A DNA stretch of 64,000 nt, taken from contig JBMNEZ010000001.1 in NCBI GenBank assembly GCA_050949045.1, positions 448,001 to 512,000 of the forward strand. The letters are read 5' to 3'. The first letter of the stretch is position 1. Each line of letters starts with the position of its first letter. The translations under genes were made by a program, and so were the position numbers. Shown piece after piece: positions 10,099-23,000 of the stretch. The notes under the pieces were generated by a model. It had not been told where the DNA came from. It did not search any database and saw nothing but the letters and a program-made list of their open reading frames with translations. This DNA comes from Candidatus Izemoplasmatales bacterium. Its GTDB lineage: Bacteria > Bacillota_I > Bacilli_A > Izemoplasmatales > Hujiaoplasmataceae.

Positions 10099-10722
10099 AT
10101 GCCCGATAAGGAAAAAAAGCAGGACAATGTTCCAGTCGCAGAAACTATCCCGGAGACAAAAAAGCCCGAAGAAGGCAAGAAAGAACAGCCTAAGAAAAAG
10201 AAAAAGGACACCGTCGAGGAACAACTGGAATTGATAAAAGAGGAACTGACGGAGATCAAGGACAAGTATCTCCGCACTCTCGCCGAAGCTGAAAATTTGA
10301 AAAAGCGCACTTCCGAGGAATTGAAACGCGAACGGAAATACGCCGGCATGCAGCTCTGCGACAAACTGATCGACCAGCTTGAAGTCTTCGACCAGGCCTT
10401 GAATATCCAAACCGAAGACAAACAGCTCCAAAGTTTCCTTCAAGGTTTCAAAATGATCAAGGACATGCTCTACCAGTCGCTTGAATCAGAAGGCGTGAAA
10501 GCACTTGACACCAAAGTCGGAGCGGAGTTCGATCCCAATTACGAGCACGCATTCGACACCAGATATGAGCCCGATAAGCCGGAACACACGATTCTAGAAA
10601 TCCTGAAAAAGGGTTATCTGTACAAAGATCGGCTCTTGCGGGCGGCACTCGTCATCATCAACATCAAACCCGAGACGATGCAAAAAGACAATAATGAAGA
10701 AATTGGCGACAATGTCGCATGA
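10099..10722 (+). CDS. grpE: Nucleotide exchange factor GrpE
   Basis: YLRTLAEAENLKKR, FDPNYEHA, KGYLYKDRLLRAALV; operon position. Confidence 0.95.
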   Translation: MPDKEKKQDNVPVAETIPETKKPEEGKKEQPKKKKKDTVEEQLELIKEELTEIKDKYLRTLAEAENLKKRTSEELKRERKYAGMQLCDKLIDQLEVFDQALNIQTEDKQLQSFLQGFKMIKDMLYQSLESEGVKALDTKVGAEFDPNYEHAFDTRYEPDKPEHTILEILKKGYLYKDRLLRAALVIINIKPETMQKDNNEEIGDNVA

Positions 10723-10744
10723 CACTATAACGAAAAGAGGATGA

Positions 10745-12571
<1,827 letters not shown>

Positions 12572-12624
12572 TTATAACTAAAAAGCAGCCAGTCTGCTTT
12601 TTATCTAGTTGACGAGGTGCACCA

Positions 12625-13740
12625 ATGAACAAACGCGACTACTATGAAGTGCTGGGAGTAAGTAAAAACGCGACAGATGACGAAATCAAGAAAGCTTACC
12701 GCACACTTGCCAAAAGATACCATCCCGACGTTTCCAAGGAACCGAATGCCGAGGCGAAATTCAAAGAAGTTCAGGAAGCCTACGAAGTTTTGACGGATGA
12801 GACAAAAAGAGCCCAATATGACCAGTTTGGCCATCAGGGCCCCCAATCGGGTTTTGGCGGTTTTGGCGGCGGTTTCGACGGCTTTGATTTCGGCGATATT
12901 TTCTCCGCGTTTTTTGGCGGTCAGTCGCGGACAAGTCAAAGCCAAAGAACCAGACCCCGCAAGGGTTCCGACATTCAAAAGCGGATGACGATCACCTTTG
13001 AGGAGTCTATTTTTGGCAAAAAGGAGAAAATCAAGGTGCCGGTCTACGAGGAATGCCATGTCTGTCGCGGCAGCGGCGCCGCATCTCCCAAGGATATCCA
13101 AACCTGTTCAAAATGCCGTGGCAACGGCCAGGTGACCATGGAAACCCAAACCTTGTTTGGGCGAACCCAAACTAGGACGACCTGTCCCGTTTGCGGCGGT
13201 ACCGGGAAAGAAATTACGAAAAAGTGTTCCAACTGCAACGGCGAAGGCCTGGAAAGAATCGTCAAGGAAGTGGAGATCAAGGTGCCGGAAGGCATCGAAA
13301 CCGGCCAACAGATCCGGCTCGAGGGCTTTGGCAACAAGGGTTCGGGCGGCGGTCCGAGCGGCGATCTCTACATCGTCTTTGAGGTTCGTCCCTCAGACAC
13401 CTTCGTCCGCGAGGGTGACGATATCGTCATCAAGGTGCCGATCACCTTTTCACAGGCGGCTCTCGGAGCCGAGATTGAAATCCCGACGGTATATGGCAAA
13501 GTGCTTCTCAAGATCCCCGCTGGGACCCAATCCGACACCAAATTCCGGATCCGCGGCAAAGGCGCCCCCAATGTCCGGACCAAGGTGAACGGCGATCAGC
13601 ACGTGATCGTCTCGATTCAAACACCGACCAAACTCACGAGCGAACAGAAGAGCCTTTTCGAACAGCTCTCAAGAATCGAAGACAACCCTGAAAGCAAGTC
13701 GATGTGGGAGCGGTTCAAAAGCAGTTTCAGCCGCAAGTAA
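12625..13740 (+). CDS. dnaJ: Chaperone DnaJ
   Basis: J domain with HPD, G/F-rich region, four CxxCxGxG repeats. Confidence 0.98.
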   Translation: MNKRDYYEVLGVSKNATDDEIKKAYRTLAKRYHPDVSKEPNAEAKFKEVQEAYEVLTDETKRAQYDQFGHQGPQSGFGGFGGGFDGFDFGDIFSAFFGGQSRTSQSQRTRPRKGSDIQKRMTITFEESIFGKKEKIKVPVYEECHVCRGSGAASPKDIQTCSKCRGNGQVTMETQTLFGRTQTRTTCPVCGGTGKEITKKCSNCNGEGLERIVKEVEIKVPEGIETGQQIRLEGFGNKGSGGGPSGDLYIVFEVRPSDTFVREGDDIVIKVPITFSQAALGAEIEIPTVYGKVLLKIPAGTQSDTKFRIRGKGAPNVRTKVNGDQHVIVSIQTPTKLTSEQKSLFEQLSRIEDNPESKSMWERFKSSFSRK

Positions 13741-13778
13741 AAGCCCTTTTTTTGATTCGGATATCTATAAGTACAAAA

Positions 13779-13808
13779 CAAAAGTTCCCTGTTGCTAGGG
13801 AACTTTTG
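13779..13808. terminator. Probable bidirectional terminator between convergent dnaJ and the P-II-like gene
   Basis: CAAAAGTTCCCT-gttgct-AGGGAACTTTTG. Confidence 0.75.
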
Positions 13809-13823
13809 GTTGTTAAGCAGTGC

Positions 13824-14486
13824 TTATTTGCCCTCGTAGAGGCCGATCGCGTCCCGGACGTCCTGGACGAAGATGATGCCCTTGCCTGGTTCATCGATCA
13901 ATAGTTCTTTGCGGATACTCTCGGTGATCGGCTTCACAAGCTCTTCTTTGCAGATGATCAGGACGAGTTCTTTTTCCGGCTCGATCGCAATCTGGAAGAT
14001 TTTCTCCTTTTCGTGGATCCCCGAGCCTCTGGCGTTGATCACCGTTCCGCCGTTGGCGCCGCCTTTACCGGCGGCCTCGAGCACGTCTTCGGCCTTGCCC
14101 TTATCCACGATCGTATAGATTGCCTTGTATTTCTTCATTGTTGGTTCCATCCTTTCTTTGTCCTCGTGAACTGAGGAACAACCGATGATACTGTCAAGGT
14201 CGAAAGCCAAGATGATGCCTTGCCCCGCTTTTTCAAAGCGCATTTTTTGAGCGATTGCGACCATCGCCTGGTCGCCTTCGCTTCTGTTGCCTGCCATCAA
14301 GACGATCTCCCTTTTGGAATTGGCAAGGCCGAGCAATTGCAAGATGCCTCCCGGCCTTGACCCGCGCCCTAGAAAGAGGGTGCTGCCAGTAAGACCGTTT
14401 TCCTTGGCGATTTTGAAAGCGATCCTGCCTTTTTGATCAGGGACGATCGCCAAATAAAGCGAGATATTATTGGTAAAATCAGTCAT
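13824..14486 (-). CDS. Tandem P-II-like (GlnB fold) protein
   Basis: Two repeats, GLTGSTLFLGRGS...GQGII and GANGGTVINARGSG...EPEKELVLI...PGKGIIFVQDV; paired with DUF1538. Confidence 0.85.
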   Translation of the reverse strand: MTDFTNNISLYLAIVPDQKGRIAFKIAKENGLTGSTLFLGRGSRPGGILQLLGLANSKREIVLMAGNRSEGDQAMVAIAQKMRFEKAGQGIILAFDLDSIIGCSSVHEDKERMEPTMKKYKAIYTIVDKGKAEDVLEAAGKGGANGGTVINARGSGIHEKEKIFQIAIEPEKELVLIICKEELVKPITESIRKELLIDEPGKGIIFVQDVRDAIGLYEGK

Positions 14487-14490
14487 TTTG

Positions 14491-15939
14491 TCAACTCCTC
14501 TTTCTTGCTTTGACTTTATAGATGACGCCGAGAATCTCGATGGTGATGACCGGCATCATAGCGATCAAGCCGATCATCCCGAAAGCATCTGCGATCCCGA
14601 GTGTCGTACTTCCCTTGCCCATGGCGATGCCCTGGGAGAAGGCTAAGATGAAGGTGGCGGACATCGGTCCGCTCGCGACCCCGCCGGCATCAAAGGCCAT
14701 ACCAACAAACATTTTTGGGGAAACAAACATAAGAACGATGGCGATTAGATAACCAGGAAGCAGAATATGCCAGAGAAGGAACCCTTCGATTTGGATTCTG
14801 AGAACATTTAATACCAGAGCGAGCCCGACGCCAAGCGACAGCGAAAGCAAGACCAATTTTTTGGATACCGAACCCGTGGTGACTTCGTAGATCTGGTTTG
14901 TCAAGGGGTAGACCGCCGGTTCGGCGAGAACCGCAAAGACCCCCAGCAGGAAACTGATGGTGAGCACGAGGAACATTGAGTCGCCACTGACGTTTTGGCC
15001 GATGGCCGTGCCGACGGCGAGAAAACCCGAATAAACGCCATACAAGAACAATGTCAGTCCGATGAAGGAATAAAAATAGCCGAATAAATAACGGCCAAAA
15101 CGCCGGAACTTGATTTTAAAAAAGAGGAAATTGCTTATTAGGGTAATCACGAAGATCGGCGCTATCGCTAGGAAGGCATCAAGCATTGTCTCCAAAAATC
15201 CGTGAGATGAAACAGAGGGCTGATATTCGAGGCTAAAGGTTTTCGGATTGCTGGCTATCAAAACAATTAAACAAGCGATGATCGCCCCGGCGGTGGACAT
15301 GCCGACAAGGCCAAAACTATCTGTTTCGGCGCTTTTGCCATCGCGTCGCATCGAAGCGACACCGAGTGTGATCGCCAACAGAAATGGAACGGTGATCGCT
15401 CCGGTAGACGATGCGGAGACGTCGAAGGCGACGCCGTGGAGCTCCGGAACGATGAAAAGCGCAAGGATGAAGACGACCAAGTAGGTGATGCCGAACATAA
15501 GATGAAGGGGAATTTGAAAAAGGATTCTGATTATGGCAACACCGATCATGATACCGAAAAAAGCAGCCACCATCACCACGAGAGCGACTTGCTTGACATC
15601 GCCCTGGGTAATCATCTCTGCCATATTGCCGACAATCATCAAGTCGGGTTCGGCGATTGTGATCAGAAAGCCGAGCACGAAAGAGCCACAGATAATGATC
15701 CAGATGTTTTTGGATTTTGCGATCGTCTTTCCAAAGAGTTCGCCAACCGGGCTGATGCCTACTTCGACGCCGAAGAGGAAGATGCTGAGGCCGATCCAGA
15801 CAAAGAAGGCACCGAGAAAAAAGCGTCCTAACATCCCTGGTTCGAGCGGTTCGACGAACAGATGGATCATGGTGACGACGACGATTATCGGTAGTATCGA
15901 AAAAAAGACTTCTTTTAGTTTTTTGCCAAGTTCTTGCAA
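14491..15939 (-). CDS. DUF1538 family membrane protein
   Basis: Duplicated TIAEPD/VLAEPA and AFDVSASSTGAITVPF/AFDAGGVASGPMSATF motifs. Confidence 0.88.
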   Translation of the reverse strand: MQELGKKLKEVFFSILPIIVVVTMIHLFVEPLEPGMLGRFFLGAFFVWIGLSIFLFGVEVGISPVGELFGKTIAKSKNIWIIICGSFVLGFLITIAEPDLMIVGNMAEMITQGDVKQVALVVMVAAFFGIMIGVAIIRILFQIPLHLMFGITYLVVFILALFIVPELHGVAFDVSASSTGAITVPFLLAITLGVASMRRDGKSAETDSFGLVGMSTAGAIIACLIVLIASNPKTFSLEYQPSVSSHGFLETMLDAFLAIAPIFVITLISNFLFFKIKFRRFGRYLFGYFYSFIGLTLFLYGVYSGFLAVGTAIGQNVSGDSMFLVLTISFLLGVFAVLAEPAVYPLTNQIYEVTTGSVSKKLVLLSLSLGVGLALVLNVLRIQIEGFLLWHILLPGYLIAIVLMFVSPKMFVGMAFDAGGVASGPMSATFILAFSQGIAMGKGSTTLGIADAFGMIGLIAMMPVITIEILGVIYKVKARKRS

Positions 15940-15982
15940 AGTGCTCCGCCTCTTTCTCTAAATATCGTAACTGACTTGACTG

Positions 15983-17257
15983 TCATTTCCAGTAATTGCT
16001 TTCAAGTTTCACTTTAAGTCCGTTGTTGGTCAAAAAGCGGAAGAAAACAGTCTCTAAACTCTTGTCCTGATAATTGCTCGTGAAGGCGATCGCCGCCTGA
16101 TTGTTCAAGGTTACACACGCAATTCCGGGTTTTGACCCCGAGGCAAGATTGAAGAAAATGCTCTTGATTTCATTTGTCATCGTTTTTGGAAAGGTGATTT
16201 CACCGAAATTAGTGAAGGAAGAGGTAATCGGCTTATGGGCGATGATGGAATAACCGATCTTCATTAACAATTTTTTCAGAAACAAAGGCATGATCCTGAT
16301 CAAAAAGTTTTTTTCAAACGACATGTTATGGTTGAGTTTGTTTTGTAGGTGTTCTTTGGTGAGGCCAACCGCAAAATCGCTTTTGATTTTCTCGAGAACA
16401 GCATCGAAAGTGATGCCTTCGGCGTATTGGTATGCGGTGTTGAAATAAAGCGAGAAGTTGCGCAATGATTTTGAGGGGAAGTGTCGCCTGAGATTAACCG
16501 CCACACTGACCGTTACCGGATGTTTCAGAAGTTTTTTCTGATCGCCGGTCAGGATGATAGAAAAGAGCAGATTGGCAGCCAAAAATTGCGAAACGCTTGC
16601 GCCGTAGCTTCTGGCCACTTCTTTCAACTTGGCGGCGTCGACCAAACCGGTGTTGATGCTGATGCCTTTTCTTTTGTAGTTTTTGCCGGTTATGTGGTAA
16701 GCGGGGATGAAAGAGTCTTTTATAATCTTTCCTTCTTTATAATAGACTTTATAACTGTCCACCAATTCCTCTTGATCCGGCAGATCGTCAAGTTTGAAGA
16801 CAGTGCCATCATTCACCTGGGGTTTGCCCATCGACTCAAGATACTTGAAAATGACAGCTTTGAGAAACTCGAGAGCTCCACTGCCGTCTGCCAGAGAGTG
16901 AAACATTTCCATAGATATCTTGGTTTCATGAAAGAAGAAAGTGAATAAATGATGATTGTTAGAATGGACATTGATGCTTTGACAGATATAAGGTGATTCG
17001 GGGAAAACCAAGGGATCCTTTTCGTTGGTATCGTAATAATACCAGAAAAAGCCACGCCTAAGTCTCACAAAAAAGGAAGGGAATCTGTTTTTACAGGCAA
17101 GAATCGCTTCCTTCAGTTTCATAGGATCGACCAATTCCTTCATATTGACAGACATCCGGAAAAGGCCTGAGGTCTTAGCACTATGAATTATTGGATAGAT
17201 CTTAGCAGCGTTGTCGAGCTTGAACCAACGTTTTTCGGTAATTGCTTCTTTGATCAT
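15983..17257 (-). CDS. CoA-dependent acyltransferase (alcohol acetyltransferase/condensation-like fold)
   Basis: WFKLDNAAKIYP, RFPSFFVRLRRGFFWYY, catalytic HxxxDG (FHSLADG), VNLRRHFPSKSLRNF; start placed at ATG 17257. Confidence 0.8.
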   Translation of the reverse strand: MIKEAITEKRWFKLDNAAKIYPIIHSAKTSGLFRMSVNMKELVDPMKLKEAILACKNRFPSFFVRLRRGFFWYYYDTNEKDPLVFPESPYICQSINVHSNNHHLFTFFFHETKISMEMFHSLADGSGALEFLKAVIFKYLESMGKPQVNDGTVFKLDDLPDQEELVDSYKVYYKEGKIIKDSFIPAYHITGKNYKRKGISINTGLVDAAKLKEVARSYGASVSQFLAANLLFSIILTGDQKKLLKHPVTVSVAVNLRRHFPSKSLRNFSLYFNTAYQYAEGITFDAVLEKIKSDFAVGLTKEHLQNKLNHNMSFEKNFLIRIMPLFLKKLLMKIGYSIIAHKPITSSFTNFGEITFPKTMTNEIKSIFFNLASGSKPGIACVTLNNQAAIAFTSNYQDKSLETVFFRFLTNNGLKVKLESNYWK

Positions 17258-17553
17258 CAGGCAGTCACTTTCTTTCCCATACAAAGGCATTATATAAAAA
17301 AAACCAATTATTGTAAAGCGTGTCAATATGTTTATTTCCCAAAACGATTTAAGGAATCAGACATAAATCGTTAATAATAATTAAAGAGTTTGATGCGATA
17401 TATTAATATACAAGGGATAAATTATTGTAGACAATCATTTATAAAAACGCCATTTGAATATCAATAATTGATGTCTTTTTTTGTCTTCAAATGATCGTTT
17501 ATAAGAAATAATCAAAAAAAACAAAATAATTGTTTACAACTCGATATGTAATC

Positions 17554-17643
17554 AGTTATAATATAACCAGTTTATGCATAAACAGTATATGCATAACGTG
17601 AATATGCAAAAACAATTTATATATAAACATCTTATATAGTGAA
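17554..17643. repeat. 15-bp-period tandem array of degenerate palindromes between the promoter and RBS of the PadR-jetABC operon
   Basis: Units: AGTTATAATATAACC / AGTTTATGCATAAAC / AGTATATGCATAACG / TGAATATGCAAAAAC / AATTTATATATAAAC / ATCTTATATAGTGAA. The first unit contains TATAAT (17557), with TTTACA at 17533. Confidence 0.75.
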
Positions 17644-17655
17644 GGGGGTGAGGTA

Positions 17656-18015
17656 ATGACGAATTCCGGCGAATACATCAGGGGATTCACCGATTTCATT
17701 GTATTGTCAATCCTTTCAAAGTTCGACAGCTACGGTTATGAGATGAGCAAGATTATCGAGAGCGTCAGTGATCAATCGTTGCAAGTCACGGAAGCAGCGC
17801 TCTATTTTGCATTGAAGAGACTGATGGAAGACGATAAGATTGATTCTTATCGACGAAAAAATAAAAAGGGCATGAACCGGCGTTATTACCGCATTACTCC
17901 CGAAGGCGAAAAGGCGCTGAAGGATTTTCGCAAGGACTGGGTTTTGATCGAGAGCACATTGTCGAGCCTAGTTGGCGGCAAGTTCGAATATACACGGGAA
18001 GATAGTTTGGAGTAG
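17656..18015 (+). CDS. PadR family winged-helix regulator
   Basis: IVLSILSKFDSYGYEMSK...EAALYFALKRL...RRYYRITPEG. Confidence 0.92.
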   Translation: MTNSGEYIRGFTDFIVLSILSKFDSYGYEMSKIIESVSDQSLQVTEAALYFALKRLMEDDKIDSYRRKNKKGMNRRYYRITPEGEKALKDFRKDWVLIESTLSSLVGGKFEYTREDSLE

Positions 18016-18017
18016 GA

Positions 18018-19421
18018 GTGATATTGATGGATCTATTCAACATTATACCGGCGAATTTCTTCAATCTATTGACCGGTAAAAACCAAAACATGTATGTTAA
18101 CGCCCTCTTCCAGGTTTTTAAGGCCTATGAACAAGGGTCGGTGCTTGGGATGGACAAGCAGATTGCACAACAGGCAATCATTGATTTTTTAGAGATGAAT
18201 CCCGATCTTGAAGTCGATGATGTCGACTTTGACGCGACGGTCAGAGACAAGGCCAATCAGATTTTGAGGCGTTTCGAGGAATGTGAGTGGATTGACATCG
18301 ATGTCAACAACGACTATGTCGAGATCCTCAACTTCCGTGATTACGCGATCACAATCATCGAAGCCTTGAAAGAAATCACGACCGACACCGGCTATGGCTA
18401 CAGCGATGAAACACACGAGTTTCGCGGTTACATCTTCACCGCGTATTCGCTTTTGATGAACGACCATGGCGAATACGCGATGGTCATCGATCAAGTCTAC
18501 AAAAACACGATTGCTTTTGTCAGAGAAATCCGCAAACTTGACTCGAGATTGAAATATTATATCAGACAGATCATCGAGAACTCGGAAATCAAGGATTTGA
18601 TCCATTTATTGGTCAACTACAAGGTAGAACTGATGGATCAGGCGTATTACCGCTTGAAGACAAGCGACAATGTCAACAAATACAAACTTGAAATCATTAA
18701 GAAGCTCGAGCAGTACCAGCAGAATACCGTCATCATGGAGATGGTTGCCTCCGAATACTTGTCGAAGAGCGGGAACAACTACGATCTTGCGAGGATCAAG
18801 GCGAACAAGAAGATCGACGACATTATCGATATCTATAATTCCCTTGAATGGATCATCGATGAAATCGACAACAAGAACAAAGTCTACGTCAATACGACGA
18901 TTGCCAAGATTAAGTTTCTCCTCAACGACGATGAGAACATCATCGGCAAACTGAACCGGATCTTAAAATACACCGCTTCGCGCATCAAGGGTAAAAAGAC
19001 CGACCAGGCTTTGCGAACGATCAAACCTCTGTTTGCGCTGCCAGAGAGCCTGCAAATCTCGCAAAACTCACTGTTCACGCCAAGAGGAGCCTATTCGCGG
19101 AGCAAGGAGCAGTTCCTCCAGAAAAACCTGAACAGTCCGTCGAATCACCTACAGGAGGAATTCTACAAAGAATTCGAAAGCAACTACTCGTCAGAGGTCA
19201 TCAAACGTTATTTGCAGGAATATTTTAAGACCAGACCTTCGATCAAAGCTTCGGAAATCATGAGAAACGATATGTCCGATGAAGCGATCTTAAGGCTCTT
19301 ATACATCCTTATCTACGCGGGCGACGAACTCGACTACTCGATCGTGCCGTTGAAGAACGATATCGAACACGAAAGGTTCCAAATGAGCGACTTTGAAATC
19401 ATCAGGGGGTATGAACTATGA
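18018..19421 (+). CDS. Wadjet JetA / MksF-like kleisin (DUF5716-type)
   Basis: LFNIIPANFFNLLTGKN..Y N-terminus and ILRRFEECEWID..FRDYA; first gene of the kleisin-KITE-SMC trio. Confidence 0.75.
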   Translation: MILMDLFNIIPANFFNLLTGKNQNMYVNALFQVFKAYEQGSVLGMDKQIAQQAIIDFLEMNPDLEVDDVDFDATVRDKANQILRRFEECEWIDIDVNNDYVEILNFRDYAITIIEALKEITTDTGYGYSDETHEFRGYIFTAYSLLMNDHGEYAMVIDQVYKNTIAFVREIRKLDSRLKYYIRQIIENSEIKDLIHLLVNYKVELMDQAYYRLKTSDNVNKYKLEIIKKLEQYQQNTVIMEMVASEYLSKSGNNYDLARIKANKKIDDIIDIYNSLEWIIDEIDNKNKVYVNTTIAKIKFLLNDDENIIGKLNRILKYTASRIKGKKTDQALRTIKPLFALPESLQISQNSLFTPRGAYSRSKEQFLQKNLNSPSNHLQEEFYKEFESNYSSEVIKRYLQEYFKTRPSIKASEIMRNDMSDEAILRLLYILIYAGDELDYSIVPLKNDIEHERFQMSDFEIIRGYEL

Positions 19422-20023
19422 TTCTCGAAAACTTTGAAAACCTGAACATGGGGCAAAAACAGCTATTCAGCGATACTTGCAACAAACTGCTCTCAACCGG
19501 CTTCCTTGCCCGGGACAAACGCGACAACAAGGAACAATATTATTTCCTATTGAGCTTCAAGAATTACTTCGATGAGTACTTCGGGGTGATCAACTACGAG
19601 ATCCAAATCGACCGGGAAAGAGGAGCCGTCCAACTTGTCAGCAAAGAGAATCGAAACCTCTTGCGTCTCAAGAAAGACGAGTCGTTGATTCTCCTTATCC
19701 TGAGAGTGCTCTACCACCAGCATCTCGTTGAAACTTCGATCAATGACAACGTCGTGATCAAAATCGACGAGATCCACCAGAAATACGACGCTCTTGAACT
19801 GAAGCGGAAGATTAACAAGACCGACCTTGTCCAGATCTTGAGGCTCTACCGGAGATATAACCTGATCGAACCGCTCGGGGATATCACCCAAGGCAACACC
19901 AAAGTAATCATCTATCCAACGATTATGCTTGCGATCAACACCAATGAAATCAGAGATGTCTATGATCTGATCGGCAAAATGGCCGATCACGAAGGAGGGA
20001 TTTCCGATGAAGAAACTGACTAA
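19418..20023 (+). CDS. Wadjet JetB / MksE-like KITE protein (DUF4194-type)
   Basis: About 200 aa; LRLKKDESLILLILRVLY and LRLYRRYNLI...IIYPTI; overlaps both neighbours. Confidence 0.78.
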   Translation: MILENFENLNMGQKQLFSDTCNKLLSTGFLARDKRDNKEQYYFLLSFKNYFDEYFGVINYEIQIDRERGAVQLVSKENRNLLRLKKDESLILLILRVLYHQHLVETSINDNVVIKIDEIHQKYDALELKRKINKTDLVQILRLYRRYNLIEPLGDITQGNTKVIIYPTIMLAINTNEIRDVYDLIGKMADHEGGISDEETD

Positions 20024-23000
20024 GATCAGACTCATCAACTGGCACTATTTCGCCAATGAAACGATTTACATCAAGAACAATACGCTAATTACCGGGCAAA
20101 ACGCGACTGGGAAATCAACGATTGTCGATGCGATTGCTTTTGTGATCACTGCCGGCGACCAGATTTTCAATCTGGCAGCCAACGAAAAGAGCAAGCGTGA
20201 TCTCCGCGGGTATGTCAAGTGCAAGCTTGGCATTGACAATCAGGAATACCTACGGGACGGCGACGTCACCGGACATGTCGCCCTCGAGTTTTTTGACGAA
20301 GTCAAGGAAAAATATTTCACGATTGGCACCGTAATCGATGCCTTTGGCGAAGTTATGGCGCCGAAGTATCTTTTCTACGAACTCGAAGGTCCGATTTCGG
20401 AAAGCCTTTTCGTCGACGATGAGAGCAGAATCAGAACGACCATGCTCTTCAAGAAAGCGAAACTGGCGGACAAGATCTATCCGACCAGACGCGAGGCAAA
20501 ACTCGCCTTCCGCTCCCGTTTCGGCTCGATCAACGAGACCTATTTCCGCTTGTTGCCGAAGGCACTTGCCTTCAAACCGATCGCCGATGTCAAGGATTTC
20601 ATCTACCACTATTTGCTCGAGGAGAAGGTCCTCGACGTCGAATCAATCAAGGAGTCGATCCAGTCTTATCGCGATCTTGAGGCCACTCTCAAAATCATCA
20701 AGCAGAAGATCACGAGCCTCCAGGAGATCAAGGACGTCTACGAGAATATCCAGAAGAACCAAAGCCAGAAAGAATTCCTTGAGTACTTCTTGAAGTTGAT
20801 TGATGTCGAGGTAATCAGGGAAGATATTAGAAAGAAACAGAAGCAACTGGAAAAAATCGCCGTCAGTCGCGAGAAAAACCAAAAACTGATAGCGGAGCTC
20901 GACCATCAGTTGGAAATCCTTGATGATCGTAGCAAAGAAGTCTATTCTCTCCTGCAGTCCGATTCGGCCTTCAAAGCCGGCGAGATTTACGACAAGGAGA
21001 TCATTTCCCTGACCCAGAAAATCGACGAAAAGGAAGAAGTAAAACAGTACCTTTCACGCAAAGTCGAAAAGGTCAAGGTTTTGATCAACGAACTCAAGAC
21101 CGAGTACAAGCGGCCGCTCTACGATCAACTGGCCAAGATCGATTTTCTTGATGTCCCGGACGAAGCCTTTGACAAGACCAGACTGCAACTTACAGATATC
21201 GATCGTCAACTCCAAAGCCAGATCGAGGCCAACCAGAAAGAAAGCGGTCGGCTTGAGGCTGAAAAAAACCAAATGATCGGCGAAATCAACGAAGTCTATC
21301 AGACTTTGAAGGAACTCGAAAACCATCAACTTCGCTACAATCCGATGGTCAAGAGACTTCAGAGTGCGATCGAAGACGGTGTAAAAGAACAAACCGGCGA
21401 GAGTATCAGCGTCCACATTCTCGCAGAACTTCTCGAAGTGACCGATCCAAAGTGGCGTGACACCGTCGAGGACTTCCTCGGGCAACAACGCTTCAATTTG
21501 ATTGTCGAGCCTCGCTACTTCGATGTCGCTTTGAGAATCTACAACCAGATCAAGGACAATCTCAAAATTTACAACATCGGCCTTGTGAACACCAAGAAAA
21601 TCCAACACTTCAACAATCCCGAAGCGAATTCTCTAGCGACGATCATCGTCTCTGACAATATCGATGCCAAACACTTTGTGAACATGATCTGTGGTAACTT
21701 GATCATGGTGGATGCAGTCGAGAATCTCGAGAATCACCCGCAGGCGATTACCAGGGACGGGATGATTTACCGTTCTTATACGGTGAGAAGCCTGAATCGC
21801 AACACCGAAAAGCCGTTCATCGGTAAAAGAGCTCATGAGGAACAAACCGAGAAATGGCGCCATCAAGCCAAAAAATGCAAGGAAGAATTCCAGCATATCC
21901 AAAATAGGCTCCAACGGCTCGAGGAAGAGACAGGCGCCATCGCAGGCCTCGGTATCCCGGGTCTAGTTGAAATGATGGCCCAGACCCGCTCGCTCGCAGA
22001 GCTTAAGGACAAACGCAAGGAGCTCTCCCTCAAGAAACAAAACGTTCCGAAGGAAAGCATGAACCAATTGCGGCTCGAATACGAGGCGATCAAGGAAGAG
22101 ACCAGAGGCTATGCCAACAATCGCCGCAAGGCCTATGAAGAAAACGGCAAACTCCAATCCGACGATTTCAAGATCCAAGAAGAGATCCTCGCGCTCGAGA
22201 CCAGGCTCAATCTTCTCCAGCAGGAAATTGTTCTGCTCGCCAGCGAGAATCTGACGATGGAGGCCGAGGCCAACGAACTTTACAAACAAGAGATCCTCAA
22301 CGCTCCTGACAAGAAGAAAGTCGTCCAGCAATATCAGTTGCGGATCGAGACCGAACTCCAAAACCTGATCAACCTCGAAGACGATCTCAAAGCCAAGCAG
22401 TTCAAGTACACAAGCACTTATAATCTTAGTTATTCTTTCGGCTTTGAGTATATGGCGGAATACCTGCAGGAAATGGACAAACTCGTCAAAAGCGAACTGA
22501 TCAAGTATGAAACCAAAGTCAGAGAAGCGAGAGAAGTCGCCGAGAGACTGTTTAAGGAAGATTTTCTCGCCAAACTCAGGAACTATATCGTCAGCGCTCA
22601 GGAAGAGATCAAAAAGATCAATGATACCCTGCAAACGATCAAGTTCGGGGAAGACACTTACGAGTTCATCTTCCCGAAGAGCAAGGAATACGGCGACTAC
22701 TATGATATGGTCCTTGCGGACGAGTCGATGAAGAGCGGCGGTGAGATCTTCAACTACGAATTCGAAATGAAGTATCAGCGTCAACTTGAGGAACTATTCA
22801 TCAACCTTGCATCAAGCGACCTCAATGATCAGGGCACCATTAACAAATTCACCGACTACCGCACCTATATGGACTACGATATCAAAATCAAGAACAACCG
22901 CGGCGATGTCATCCTCTATTCCAAAGTATTTAAGGAGAAATCCGGTGGTGAGACTCAGGTACCCTTCTACGTAGCGACGCTGGCTTCCTTTGTCCGGGTT

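Noticed and set aside
17554..17643. Possible CRISPR array (also considered for 38432-38479 and the 190-bp repeats)
   Set aside because: No repeat-spacer alternation, wrong unit sizes, and no cas genes in the window.
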